Source: a candidate division FCPU426 bacterium
Lineage (GTDB): Bacteria; Oederibacteriota; Muellerivitia; Muellerivitales; Muellerivitaceae
Direction: 5' to 3'
DNA: 64,000 bases
NCBI GenBank assembly: GCA_963719085.1
Contig: CAVRAL010000001.1
Location: 224,001-288,000 of the forward strand
The notes under the pieces are model-generated. The model searched no databases and was not told the origin of the DNA. It worked only from the letters and a program-made list of their open reading frames with translations. A program made the translations under genes and the position numbers. How positions within the stretch are numbered: position 1 is the stretch's first letter; every line of letters begins with the position of its first letter. This document shows, piece by piece, positions 48,106-57,826 of the stretch.

Positions 48106-49233
48106 TCAACCCTGCTTGACCAGCGCTTTTTCAACTTCCTGATAATTTCTCACGCAGTTGCGTCCTTTGGACTTGGCCTCGTACATAGCCTTGTCGGCCC
48201 GGTCAATCAAGGTGATGCTGCCGATGCCATCGGTGTTTTCGTAGGTATCCACGCCGATGCTGACCGACACTTGCAAGGTGGTTCCGCGCACCATGATCTG
48301 GTAGTCGCCCAAAGTTTCCTGAATCCGGTGCGCCAAAATCATGGCGCCTTCCTGCTGGGTGGCCGGCAAGATGGCCACGAACTCATCCCCGGCGTAACGG
48401 GCGATAAGATCGGTGGTCCGGAACATTCCGGCCAGTTTTTGGGAGATTTGCTTGAGGAAAAGATCTCCCATGGAATGGCCGAAACGGTCGTTCACCTGCT
48501 TGAAATGATCCAAATCAATAAAGATGATGGAGAGGGCTTGTTGGTAACGCTTGGCCCGGTTGAGCTCGTAATCCAATATCTGCTGAAAGTACCGGCGGTT
48601 ATAAAGGCCGGTCAGGGTGTCCCGCACGGCCATCTGTTCGACTTGAGCGAAAAGCCTGGCGTTCTCAATGGTGAGCGCGGTTTGACGGGAGAAGATGCTG
48701 AGGATTTCATGGGCCGGCACGACGCGGGGAGGCATTTCGAAAACCAAGAGGCCGACCAGATGGTCCCGGATTTCCAGGGGCATAATTTGTACGGATTTGA
48801 AACCCAACTCGCTTTGAAAGGTCCGGGCCCAATAATTTTGGATCGGGGTCGCGGATTTGGTCGACAGGCCTTTTTCATGAAGCTTGATCAGGTCGGAAAC
48901 TTCCTCGCGCTGGACATTGATCTTCATGGCGCTGATTTTACTTTCACTCAAGCCCACCGAGGCGGTTCCCGCTAAAAGTTGATCCGCTTCCTCATAGAGG
49001 AAAATGACGGCTTTGGAGATGCCGGTCCCGGTTTTTAATCCCCGAAGAATGGATTTTAAAAGGGCGGGAAGGGGCTTGGTTAAATGCAATTCGTTGCTGG
49101 CGTGATAGAGGGACAAAAGGCCCCGGTTGAGGTTTTGGGCCGCCGAAGTGTCCAACCGTTTGGCGGTGGATTTAGGTTTGGGTTGGAATTTCAAAACCCG
49201 GATGTTATTGTTCTTTTTATTATGAAGCGCCAT
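48106..49233 (-). CDS. GAF + diguanylate cyclase (AGDEF variant)
   Basis: DTLTGLYNRR, DLDHFK.VND..GH, RTTD I-site, RYAGDEF. Confidence 0.92.
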   Translation of the reverse strand: MALHNKKNNNIRVLKFQPKPKSTAKRLDTSAAQNLNRGLLSLYHASNELHLTKPLPALLKSILRGLKTGTGISKAVIFLYEEADQLLAGTASVGLSESKISAMKINVQREEVSDLIKLHEKGLSTKSATPIQNYWARTFQSELGFKSVQIMPLEIRDHLVGLLVFEMPPRVVPAHEILSIFSRQTALTIENARLFAQVEQMAVRDTLTGLYNRRYFQQILDYELNRAKRYQQALSIIFIDLDHFKQVNDRFGHSMGDLFLKQISQKLAGMFRTTDLIARYAGDEFVAILPATQQEGAMILAHRIQETLGDYQIMVRGTTLQVSVSIGVDTYENTDGIGSITLIDRADKAMYEAKSKGRNCVRNYQEVEKALVKQG

Positions 49234-49465
49234 GGGTAAGGGAAACCTGTTCTTCAAAACAGGATTTAGCGTGGAGGAGTGTTGTCGGGTAATTATGGTA
49301 TAAAGGTTGGACGGGTCCTAGCCAATAAATGAGCAAAATCGGAAAATGTTTTCCCGAATAAAAGGGAAGGGCTTGAATTGATTTTAGTTAGTTGTTGAGT
49401 AAATCCAGCATCTTTTGAGCTTTGACGCTCTGGACGCTAATTCTCCACGGAAGGTAAATGTTTTC

Positions 49466-50461
49466 ATGAAAAAATTACCCACCCTGTTAATCACGGGCGG
49501 AGCCGGATACATCGGAAGCCACGCGGTCCAAGAGGCGTCTCATTTTGGGTTTCGCCCCGTAATTTACGATAATTTTTCCGTGGGTCACCCCTGGGCGGCT
49601 CAATCGAACGAAGTGATCAAGGGCGATTTGGCGGATCGAGCCAAACTTTCACGGACCTTTAAAAAAGTGAAGCCGGTTGCCGTGATGCATTTCGCCTCCC
49701 ACGCTTCGGTGGGGGAATCGGTGGCCGATCCCCAAAAGTACTATCAGGACAACCTGGGCAACGCGATGAATCTTTTTTCGGTGATGTTGGAACAAAAGGT
49801 AGGGTATTTAATTTTATCGTCAACGTGCGCAACTTATGGCGATCCGGTAAAGGTGCCGATGTCGGAAACCCATCCTCAAAACCCCGTGAACCCTTACGGC
49901 GATTCCAAATGGATGCTGGAAAGAATCCTTCGCTGGTATGACCAAGCCTACGGCCTCAAGTCCACCTATCTTCGCTATTTCAACGCGGCGGGCGCCGACG
50001 CGGGGGGCCGACTCGGCGAAGTGCATGAGCCCGAAAGCCATCTGATCCCCTTGGTTTTGGACGCGGCCCTGGGCCGGCGCAAGACCATCACCATTTTCGG
50101 CTCGGATTATCCCACGCCCGATGGAACCTGTATCCGCGATTACATCCATGTCACCGATTTGGCCCGGGCGCATTTTTTAGCCTTGCGCCGCATGATGAAA
50201 ACGAAAAAGAGCGATTTTTTTAATTTAGGGACGGGGCGGGGTTATTCGGTAAAGCAGATTATCCGAACCGCCGAAAAGGTGACGGGGTTTTTGATTCCGG
50301 TTCAGATGGGAAAGCGCCGCGCGGGGGATCCGCCCCGGTTGGTGGCCCAGGCTTCCAAGGCGCGCCGGGTTTTAAAGTGGGTCCCCCGGCACTCAAGTCT
50401 TGAGAATATCCTGAAGACCGCCTGGGCTTGGCACAAAAGCTATTTTGGGAAGAAACGATAA
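49466..50461 (+). CDS. galE: UDP-glucose 4-epimerase
   Basis: TGGAGYIGSH, YGDSK, LRYFNAAGA, DGTCIRDYIHV. Confidence 0.96.
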   Translation: MKKLPTLLITGGAGYIGSHAVQEASHFGFRPVIYDNFSVGHPWAAQSNEVIKGDLADRAKLSRTFKKVKPVAVMHFASHASVGESVADPQKYYQDNLGNAMNLFSVMLEQKVGYLILSSTCATYGDPVKVPMSETHPQNPVNPYGDSKWMLERILRWYDQAYGLKSTYLRYFNAAGADAGGRLGEVHEPESHLIPLVLDAALGRRKTITIFGSDYPTPDGTCIRDYIHVTDLARAHFLALRRMMKTKKSDFFNLGTGRGYSVKQIIRTAEKVTGFLIPVQMGKRRAGDPPRLVAQASKARRVLKWVPRHSSLENILKTAWAWHKSYFGKKR

Positions 50462-50464
50462 AGA

Positions 50465-50551
50465 AGTTTTGAGGTTTAAGTTGAGGTCCATTTTGAACCG
50501 AGGGTTCAAAAATTTCTATAACTTAAAATTCAAAACTAAAAACTTAGAACT
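50465..50551. repeat. Intergenic inverted-repeat element with 7-nt periodic arms
   Basis: AGTTTTGAGGTTTAAGTT ... AACTTAAAATTCAAAACTAAAAACTTAGAACT, inner hairpin TTTTGAACC-GAG-GGTTCAAAA. Confidence 0.65.
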
Positions 50552-50555
50552 GCTT

Positions 50556-51107
50556 TTAAGCTTTTTTGAAGACTTTCTCGCGGTAAAACCTTAGTTCCTC
50601 GATGGTTTCCCGGATGTCATCCATTGCCTTGTGGGTTTGCTTTTTGGGCGGGGACTGAAAATCAGGGCCATACCAGCGCTTGACCAATTCTTTGATCGTG
50701 CTTACGTCAATCAGGCGGTAATGCAAGTAACCTTCCAATTTCGGCATATATTCCAGTAAAAACCGCCGGTCTTGGTAGATGGTGTTGCCGCACAGCGGGC
50801 TGGCCTTGGGCGCGCTGTGCTGGGCGATAAAGTCCAGGGTGGCTTGCTCGGCTTGGGCTAAGCTGATCTTGGAGTCCTTGACTTGTTGGATCAGGCCCGA
50901 TTTTCCGTGGTGTTCCTTGTTCCAGTCATCCATGGCGTCCAAAACCGAATCCGGCTGATGCACGACCAAGACCGGTCCCTCGGCCACCAGGTTCAAGTCC
51001 TTGTCCGTCACCAGGGTGGCGATCTCGATCACCACGCAGGTTTTGGGATCCAGTCCCGTCATTTCCATGTCCATCCACACCAAATTATTTTTAAGATCGG
51101 AACTCAC
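50556..51107 (-). CDS. orn: Oligoribonuclease
   Basis: LVWMDMEMTGLD, HYRLIDVSTIKEL, HKAMDDI. Confidence 0.97.
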   Translation of the reverse strand: MSSDLKNNLVWMDMEMTGLDPKTCVVIEIATLVTDKDLNLVAEGPVLVVHQPDSVLDAMDDWNKEHHGKSGLIQQVKDSKISLAQAEQATLDFIAQHSAPKASPLCGNTIYQDRRFLLEYMPKLEGYLHYRLIDVSTIKELVKRWYGPDFQSPPKKQTHKAMDDIRETIEELRFYREKVFKKA

Positions 51108-51154
51108 GGGTTATCCTCGGGATTCAGTGTTTTTTAAAAAAAGAGCCGGGCTGA

Positions 51155-51673
51155 TTATACCTGGGCGGAAGAAGGGCCCGCGGTTTTTCTTCTTTCAAAA
51201 AGATCCTTTGAGGAACGGATCCGGTCCAGGAAAAGAATCCCGTCCAAATGGTCGATTTCATGCTGAAGGGCGACCGCCTCGAATCCGAAACTTAAAAAAT
51301 CAACCGGCTCATTCTTTTCATTCAAGGCCCGGACCCGTATTTTTTGCGCCCGTTTCACGTTGGCCAAAAGATCGGGGAAACTCAAACAGCCTTCCCGGCT
51401 GATTTTCCATTGGCTGGATTCCACCACCATCGGATTCAAAAGCCGCAGCGGGCCTTGACCCGCCTGCGCGCGGGACGAAGCCGAGATGTCCACGATCAAG
51501 GCCCGGACCGAATGGCTGATTTGGGGCGCCGCCAGTCCCACGCAACCCGGCGAGCTTCGCAGCGTGTCGGTCAAGTCCTCAAACACTTGGGCGGTAAAGG
51601 CGTCCGGCGGTGTTTCGGCGATTTTTTCTTTTAAGGCGGGGTGGGGATACCGAAGAACCGGACGGATGGCCAT
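51155..51673 (-). CDS. def: Peptide deformylase (paralog 1)
   Basis: VGLAAPQ, EGCLS, QHEIDHLDG. Confidence 0.93.
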   Translation of the reverse strand: MAIRPVLRYPHPALKEKIAETPPDAFTAQVFEDLTDTLRSSPGCVGLAAPQISHSVRALIVDISASSRAQAGQGPLRLLNPMVVESSQWKISREGCLSFPDLLANVKRAQKIRVRALNEKNEPVDFLSFGFEAVALQHEIDHLDGILFLDRIRSSKDLFERRKTAGPSSAQV

Positions 51674-51674
51674 C

Positions 51675-52220
51675 TCAAAGCTCGTCTGTTTCCGAAGCGT
51701 TCAAGGTGATGTCCACCTTTAATTCGTTTTTCAACTGATTCAACTTTTCCTGGAAGTGCCCGATCGCCTGGCTTCCGGGGATTTCCAATTCCATCACCAG
51801 CGAGTAAAGCGGTTTCTCCTTTCCCGCGGTCACGTGGGTCCGCAGGTCGACAATGTTGACCTTGGAATCGGTGGCGCATTGGGCCACGCGGTAAACGATG
51901 CCGGGATGGTCCAGGCCGTAAACCACCAGGGTATAGCTCAAACTTTGGGCCGTTTGTTTCGGGTTGGAAGTGGGGGGAAGTTCCCGCAAAGAAATGGACA
52001 AGCCAAGTTTTGCTCCGGCCGGGTCGAGGGCTTTTTTTAAATTTTCCAAAGATAAGTTTTCCGGGGGAGTGAACAAAAGCAGGACCGCGAAATCATCCTT
52101 CAGCCGGGTCATGCTGGAATCTTCCAGGTTGCAGTTTTGCTCGAATAGAACCTTTGAAAGGGCGGCCACAATACCCGGTTGATCTTGGCCAATCGCCGAA
52201 AGCGCGATCATTTTTTTCAT
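51675..52220 (-). CDS. Tandem ACT-domain protein (GcvR-like)
   Basis: G.DQPGIV...N.EDSSM and G.DHPGIV...NIVDL. Confidence 0.88.
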   Translation of the reverse strand: MKKMIALSAIGQDQPGIVAALSKVLFEQNCNLEDSSMTRLKDDFAVLLLFTPPENLSLENLKKALDPAGAKLGLSISLRELPPTSNPKQTAQSLSYTLVVYGLDHPGIVYRVAQCATDSKVNIVDLRTHVTAGKEKPLYSLVMELEIPGSQAIGHFQEKLNQLKNELKVDITLNASETDEL

Positions 52221-52269
52221 TTGGGAACCTCCCGGGGTTGGAATCCAGTTTAGTTTATAGCGCTAAAAC

Positions 52270-52301
52270 AAAAAAAGCCCCCTCCTTTTAGGAGGGGGCT
52301 T
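52270..52301 (-). terminator. Intrinsic terminator after the 52322-54112 gene
   Basis: AGCCCCCTCCT/AGGAGGGGGCT hairpin with T run on minus strand. Confidence 0.85.
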
Positions 52302-52321
52302 CGTGGCGAGCCTTGAGGCAT

Positions 52322-54112
52322 TTACCGCCCGAATACGCGTTGAATCGCGAAATCCGGGTTGTCGCTGAACATCTTGGACGCCTGGACATCCACCGCGACG
52401 GCGGCCTTAATCATGTCCTTGGCCTTGTCCGCGTCATCCTTGGCGAAAAGCATCAGGGTTTCCTTGGCGTCCGCGGGATCGGTTTGGGCCACCAGCTTCA
52501 GGAGGCCGGCCACGTTCTTTTCCAGCTTGTCGAACAGGATGTAGCGCAAAAGGATGCTGATCTTGCGCTTGCTCACCTTGGGGGAGGGCGCCGTATTGTT
52601 GGCCATGGCCGTGATGAAGTCGATATAGTCGTTCACGGCGTCTTCCCGGCTGGCCGTGTCTTCCATGCTTTGGGTGGTGGCCAGGGTGAATTTTTTGTCC
52701 GAACCGGTCCATTTCACCTTGGTCGATTTTTCCATCTTGCCCACGTAATCCCCCATGAAGGTGCCGACCTTCACGTCGCCGTGATAGTCGTAAATGGGGT
52801 CTTTGGTGATGAACAAGCCGCACATGCGCAGCACCTGGACGTCGGTCGGCGTGAAAACCGACTGGGCGCCGCGCCGGGCGGTCTCGCCCGAAACCAGACC
52901 CATGATGAACCGGTCCTGGAAGAAGTCGACGAAGTTGCGCAGGGGCTCAATCAGGATGGGTGGCACGATGGGGTTGCCCTCGAAGTCTTTGGGGAACAGG
53001 TTGGTGTGGATGGCCATGACCTTTTTCAAAGCCGCGCTCACGTTGGCGGGACTGCAAAGGCGGTCCTGGAAATTCTCGCCCTCGGAAAACTGCTTGGAGA
53101 CCAGGATGCGGGAGGTGCTGAAAGCGACTTTGATCGGGGAAGAGTCGGCGGTGCGCACGCTCACGCTGTTCACATTGTCGATGTCCCGCTTGATGTTGGA
53201 GATGGCCTCGCTGTCAAACAAGGGGCCGCCGGTTTTGACCACGGCGGGAGTGCCGGTCTCAATTTTCGCGATCTCGTTCAAGGCCCGTACCATGCCTTGG
53301 TGTTTCTCCTCCAACAGCCGGGCGTGTTCGCCCACCTTGGACAAATAGCTTCCCATTTCCTCGATCCACTTGGCCATGGAGGCGCCCGCGTCGCCGAGCT
53401 TTCCCTCGAAGGCTTTGATGATGGCCTTTTCCTGCGGCGTGGCGGCTTCGCCCTTGCTCCAGCCCAAGCCCACCTTCTTCATCATCTCGAGGGCGGTCTT
53501 CGCGTTCTTGATCGAAGCCTCGCTTAAGGTGTTGAGGAATTTGGGGAAATGAATGTCCATCTGGTTGATCGAAAGATTCATCTCGCTTTTCAATTGCCCG
53601 ATTTGGCGTTTGTATTCTTCTTTGGCGCGTTTTTGATCCTGGGGTGAGTTGCGCAGGTCTTTTTTGCGGTCGTCCCCCATGGTCAAGGGAAGCAGTTCCC
53701 CCTGGGCGATGGCGGTGAATTTGTCCACGGGGGCGAAAATTGGAAAGGGAAGGGTGGCCGAACCCGAAAACGTTTTTAGCAAAAGCGAATAAAATTCGGG
53801 CGGAAGAAGCGGTAAGGTCTTGGGTGCGTTGTTCACTTGAACGGTGATGCTCTCACCGATGGAGCCGGTGCAAAGAAAGACCCGTTGTTGTAAATTCAAG
53901 TCGTTGAGCCGGTTGGAAACCAGGTAGTCCACCAGGGTGTTGTAGGCCGTGCGTAATTTATCCGCGCGGGTTTTTTCCGCCATGCCGGAACTGTCGGCGT
54001 CATTGGCGAAGAAAACCAATCCGTCCTCAAATTGTTTGCGGGTTTCGGCGTCAACGTCTTTCATCAGCTCCAGGTATTGGGTTCCGCTGACGATCTGGGT
54101 GGCGGTCGACAT
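52322..54112 (-). CDS. Large soluble protein of unknown function (about 596 aa)
   Basis: Long ORF, GGAGG SD before ATG 54112, own terminator, codon usage like core genes, helical/coiled-coil middle. Confidence 0.85.
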   Translation of the reverse strand: MSTATQIVSGTQYLELMKDVDAETRKQFEDGLVFFANDADSSGMAEKTRADKLRTAYNTLVDYLVSNRLNDLNLQQRVFLCTGSIGESITVQVNNAPKTLPLLPPEFYSLLLKTFSGSATLPFPIFAPVDKFTAIAQGELLPLTMGDDRKKDLRNSPQDQKRAKEEYKRQIGQLKSEMNLSINQMDIHFPKFLNTLSEASIKNAKTALEMMKKVGLGWSKGEAATPQEKAIIKAFEGKLGDAGASMAKWIEEMGSYLSKVGEHARLLEEKHQGMVRALNEIAKIETGTPAVVKTGGPLFDSEAISNIKRDIDNVNSVSVRTADSSPIKVAFSTSRILVSKQFSEGENFQDRLCSPANVSAALKKVMAIHTNLFPKDFEGNPIVPPILIEPLRNFVDFFQDRFIMGLVSGETARRGAQSVFTPTDVQVLRMCGLFITKDPIYDYHGDVKVGTFMGDYVGKMEKSTKVKWTGSDKKFTLATTQSMEDTASREDAVNDYIDFITAMANNTAPSPKVSKRKISILLRYILFDKLEKNVAGLLKLVAQTDPADAKETLMLFAKDDADKAKDMIKAAVAVDVQASKMFSDNPDFAIQRVFGR

Positions 54113-54328
54113 GAAATGGCCTCCATGAGGTTTGTGAAATGGGTTCAATTCAATAGATCAAAAATTGACCGGGAGGTTGATTATAACAGCCCCGTCGTTT
54201 CCAGGCTAGAAAAGGATGAGGTTGAAGGGTAAACGTTGGGATGAAATTTCAGGCCGGGGGTTTGCCTTCCGCTTTTTGACCGGTTCATAATAGGGATAAG
54301 AGGAAATTAAATCAGGGAGGACGAAATC

Positions 54329-54571
54329 ATGAATGACCTTATTTACTTATTGGTGGTGGGCTTGATCGCCGGTTGGCTGGCGGGAAAAATCATGAAGGGC
54401 AAGGGTTTTGGCCTGGTCGGGGATTTGATTGTGGGCGTGGTCGGGGCCGTTATTGGGGGGTGGCTTTTCAGCCTGCTGGGCTTCGCGGCCTATGGGTTGA
54501 TCGGCTCAATCATCGTGGCTTTGATCGGTGCCCTGCTCCTGCTTTATGTCTTGCGCTTAATCAAGAAGTGA
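54329..54571 (+). CDS. GlsB/YeaQ/YmgE family stress membrane protein
   Basis: GLIAGWLA.KIM.G.G.G...D..VGVVGA.IGG. Confidence 0.92.
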   Translation: MNDLIYLLVVGLIAGWLAGKIMKGKGFGLVGDLIVGVVGAVIGGWLFSLLGFAAYGLIGSIIVALIGALLLLYVLRLIKK

Positions 54572-54580
54572 AAATTAAAT

Positions 54581-54613
54581 AAAAAGCCCGGGCCCTGAAG
54601 GCCCGGGCTTTTT
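54581..54613. terminator. Bidirectional intrinsic terminator
   Basis: AAAAAGCCCGGGCC-CTGAA-GGCCCGGGCTTTTT. Confidence 0.85.
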
Positions 54614-54634
54614 ATTTTTATCAAGGAGGATGGA

Positions 54635-55093
54635 ATGGCAAAGCGGTCAGGTGTTTTCATGGCTTGCGCGGTGGCGCTTTGGGTTTTGGCCGGTTGTCAC
54701 AAAAAAGAGCAAAATCAGCTGGATAAGGCCCTGTCCACGGTTCAGTTAGGGGCCCAGCAAGGGGTCAGCGCGCTACAGGACGCGGTCGCCGATACGAAAG
54801 CCGATTATCAAAAAACCACCCAGCGGAAACTCGACCAGATTTCCGCTTCGATCGACGATCTCAAGAAAAAAGCCGAAACGGCCGATTCGCAAGCTCAAGC
54901 GGGTCTCCATCAGTCCGTGGCGGACTTACAAAAACAACGGGATGATTTGCAGGCGAAACTGGATTTGTTAAAAAACTCGACGACGGACGCTTGGAAGGAT
55001 ATGACCGGCGGCATCGATCAATCCCTGGGGGATTTGAAGCGGGCCAGCGACAAGGCGGTATCGCAGTTTAAGGCGCCGGCGCCGGGGAAATAA
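54635..55093 (+). CDS. Coiled-coil lipoprotein
   Basis: Lipobox LAGC; heptad-rich; AWKD...GID motif. Confidence 0.8.
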   Translation: MAKRSGVFMACAVALWVLAGCHKKEQNQLDKALSTVQLGAQQGVSALQDAVADTKADYQKTTQRKLDQISASIDDLKKKAETADSQAQAGLHQSVADLQKQRDDLQAKLDLLKNSTTDAWKDMTGGIDQSLGDLKRASDKAVSQFKAPAPGK

Positions 55094-55108
55094 ATCTTTT
55101 GAGTTTTT

Positions 55109-55200
55109 CCCCTTCTCCCTTGAGGGGAGAAGGGCGGGATGAGAGTGATTTTATTAACCGCACCCCTCACCCTAGCCCTCTCCCTCAAGGGGAGAGGGGA
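55109..55200. repeat. Intergenic palindromic element, CCCTCACC/CTCTCCC family
   Basis: Near-identical arms to 37825-37913 with a different AT-rich spacer. Confidence 0.9.
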
Positions 55201-55242
55201 CTGCGGCCAAACAGGTTTGACAATTATATCGTTCCCTGAATT

Positions 55243-55698
55243 TTATTGAGGGCTGGCCGTCGATTGATATTCCCACTTGCCGTCCCAGCGGAAGACCTGG
55301 ATGCCGGCGGTGGGGAATTCCAGCGGGGAAGAATGGTCCATTTGCTCTTGGATCAAGTAAACCATCTTTTCTAAAAAGGGAAGATGGCTGACGATGGCCA
55401 CGCAGCCGGGTTTTTCCGCCATCAAATCCCCGTAAATTTTCCGGAAATCACCCTCGGGTTCCAACTCCTTCTTCTCTTCCAAACGGGTTTGGGGGTTCCC
55501 GATTTTTTCCAGCAGGATGCCCGCGGTTTCCCGGGTCCTTAGCTTGGGACTATGCCAAATCGTTTCCAAGTTAATTTGACGGGCTTGAAGGGCCTGGGCG
55601 GAGCGGGCGACTTCTTTTTTTCCGCGGGCCGTCAGCCGCAGTTGGGTTTCGCCTTCGGGTTTGGCCGCGTTTCCGTGGCGGATCAGGACGAGGATCAT
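55243..55698 (-). CDS. sixA: Phosphohistidine phosphatase SixA
   Basis: LIRHG, LT.RG, SPK.RT.ETA, VSHLP. Confidence 0.88.
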   Translation of the reverse strand: MILVLIRHGNAAKPEGETQLRLTARGKKEVARSAQALQARQINLETIWHSPKLRTRETAGILLEKIGNPQTRLEEKKELEPEGDFRKIYGDLMAEKPGCVAIVSHLPFLEKMVYLIQEQMDHSSPLEFPTAGIQVFRWDGKWEYQSTASPQ

Positions 55699-55708
55699 TC
55701 GCGGCGCC

Positions 55709-56257
55709 TCATTTTTTGGAGTCCCGGACCTTTTGTTTTAACTTGGCGTTGAAACTGTCCAAGTGAAACCATTCCCGCAAGTCCGGCATGCGGTCCACGT
55801 AAACGAAGCCGTTCAAGTGGTCGATCTCATGTTGGATCACCCGGGCCTCGAAGCCGCTGACGGTTTTACGCACCTTCCTACCCTCCGGGGTGAGGGCGGT
55901 GAAGGTGAGCGACTGATGGCGGGGAACCAAGCCCCGGTAACCGGGAATGCTCAAACAGCCTTCCCAGCCCTTTTCCATTTTTTGGGAGGCCCAGATGATT
56001 TTGGCGTTCAGGTAAAACTGAACGGGGAAGGCGGAAGCCTTGGGATAACGCCGGCTGTTTTTGCTTTCCATGACCAAGGCGTTCAAATCCACCGCCACTT
56101 GATTGGCGGCAAGCCCCACGCCGTTGGCGTCGTGCATGGTGGCTTCCATGTCCTTTAAAAGTTTCCGCAGCGCGGGGGATTTCAGGCGCCCCGGCGCGAC
56201 CGGCTTACATTTTCGCCGAAGCAGGGGCACGCCGATCTTGACGATGGGGAGGATCAC
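55709..56257 (-). CDS. def: Peptide deformylase (paralog 2)
   Basis: GVGLAANQ, EGCLS, QHEIDHLNG. Confidence 0.93.
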   Translation of the reverse strand: MILPIVKIGVPLLRRKCKPVAPGRLKSPALRKLLKDMEATMHDANGVGLAANQVAVDLNALVMESKNSRRYPKASAFPVQFYLNAKIIWASQKMEKGWEGCLSIPGYRGLVPRHQSLTFTALTPEGRKVRKTVSGFEARVIQHEIDHLNGFVYVDRMPDLREWFHLDSFNAKLKQKVRDSKK

Positions 56258-56390
56258 GGGGTTCCTTTCAAGAACTTGGGGTTAGCGTTTGCCGGAGATT
56301 TTACCCCAAGGGAGAAGCGGATAAAATGGTTAACAGCCCCCGGCGATCCTGTTAAACTACGGCCCAATTTTGACTTCCAGCGAGGACCTC

Positions 56391-57789
56391 ATGTCATCCA
56401 TTCAATTCCCCAAGGATTTTATCTGGGGCGCCGCGACCAGTTCCTTTCAAATCGAGGGATCGCCTTTGGCCGATGGGGCCGCCGCCAGCAATTGGTACGA
56501 ATGGACCAAAACCCCGGGCAAAATCGCGGGGGGAAAACGCCGACATCGCCTGCGATCACTATCACCGCTACGCTTCCGATGTCCAATTAATGAAAGACCT
56601 GGGGCTCATGGGATACCGTTTCTCCCTTTCCTGGCCCCGGCTCATTCCGGAACGGGGGCGGTTCAACGAGAAGGCCCTCGATTTTTACAAACGACTTTTG
56701 GATGAGCTTCAAAAAAAGGGAATTGTTCCCAACGTCACCCTGTTCCATTGGGAAACGCCGCTTTGGGCCAAGGGAGGCTGGGAAAACCGGGAAACCGCCC
56801 TGGCCTTCGGCGAATACGCCAAAGCCGTATTCGATAAGCTAGGCGACCGGGTTTCCGCCTGGGCCACCCATAACGAGCCCGTGGTGACGGCCCAGCTGGG
56901 ATATTTGTGGGGCTATTTTCCACCGGGCAAGGCGGACCGGGCGGGATTCGCCTCGGTGGTGCATCACTTGAACTTATCCCACGGACTGGCCTTTCGCGCC
57001 TTCCGCGAGGGCCGTTATCCCGGGGAACTGGGCATGGTGAACGCGCTGGCGCCGGTCCGGCCCGCCACCCAAAAACCGGAGGATATCCGGCAAGCCGACC
57101 GCATTGACGTGCTTCAAAACCGGATATTCCTGGATCCCATCCAGGGCCGGGGTTATCCCGAATATTTGTTCGAGTATTCGAAAAAGCCCAATGAGCCTTT
57201 AGAAGAAGACCTGAAAATTATCGCCCATCCGGTCGACTTTTTAGGCGTGAACCATTATTTCCCCTTGGTGGGCCGTTACGCGCCGGGCGTGAATATATTT
57301 GATAACGACTTCCGTTTCGAGGACGGCAAACCCATGAACGATTTGGATTGGGAAATCGCCCCCGATGCCCTGCGCCAATTGCTGGCGCGCCTCTGGAAAG
57401 ATTACGGGTTTAAAAAATTATTCATCACCGAAAACGGGATCCCGACCCGGGATTCGCTTCGCACTCCCGAGGAAACCCTGGAAGATGACCTGCGCGTTCA
57501 TTATTTAGGGACTTATCTGGCGGCGGCCCAAAAAGCCATTGCGGAAGGCGTTCCGTTGAAGGGCTATTACGCCTGGTCGCTGATGGATAATTTTGAGTGG
57601 TGCCACGGCTATGATCCGCGCTTCGGTCTGATCCATGTTGATTTTAAAACCCAACAACGCACCTTTAAAAAAAGCGCCAAGTGGTATCAAAAGGTCATCG
57701 CCCAAAATGGCTTTGACTTGGAATCCCTGCCGAAGAATCCGCCTTACCGGGTTTTGGGCGTTCAGGGTAAAAGTAACCGCAGTTTTTAA
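56391..57789 (+). CDS. GH1 beta-glucosidase with apparent frameshift in G6 run 56528-56533
   Basis: FPKDFIWGAATSSFQIEG in one frame; ACDHYHRY, THNEP, ITENG, WSLMDNFEW in the next. Confidence 0.88.
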
Positions 57790-57826
57790 CCCCAACCCCG
57801 CCGGCTGAAAGCGAGCGTCCATTCCT

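Noticed and set aside
48106..49233. AGDEF variant as an inactive or novel cyclase
   Set aside because: First-position variants are common and can be active; other catalytic residues are intact
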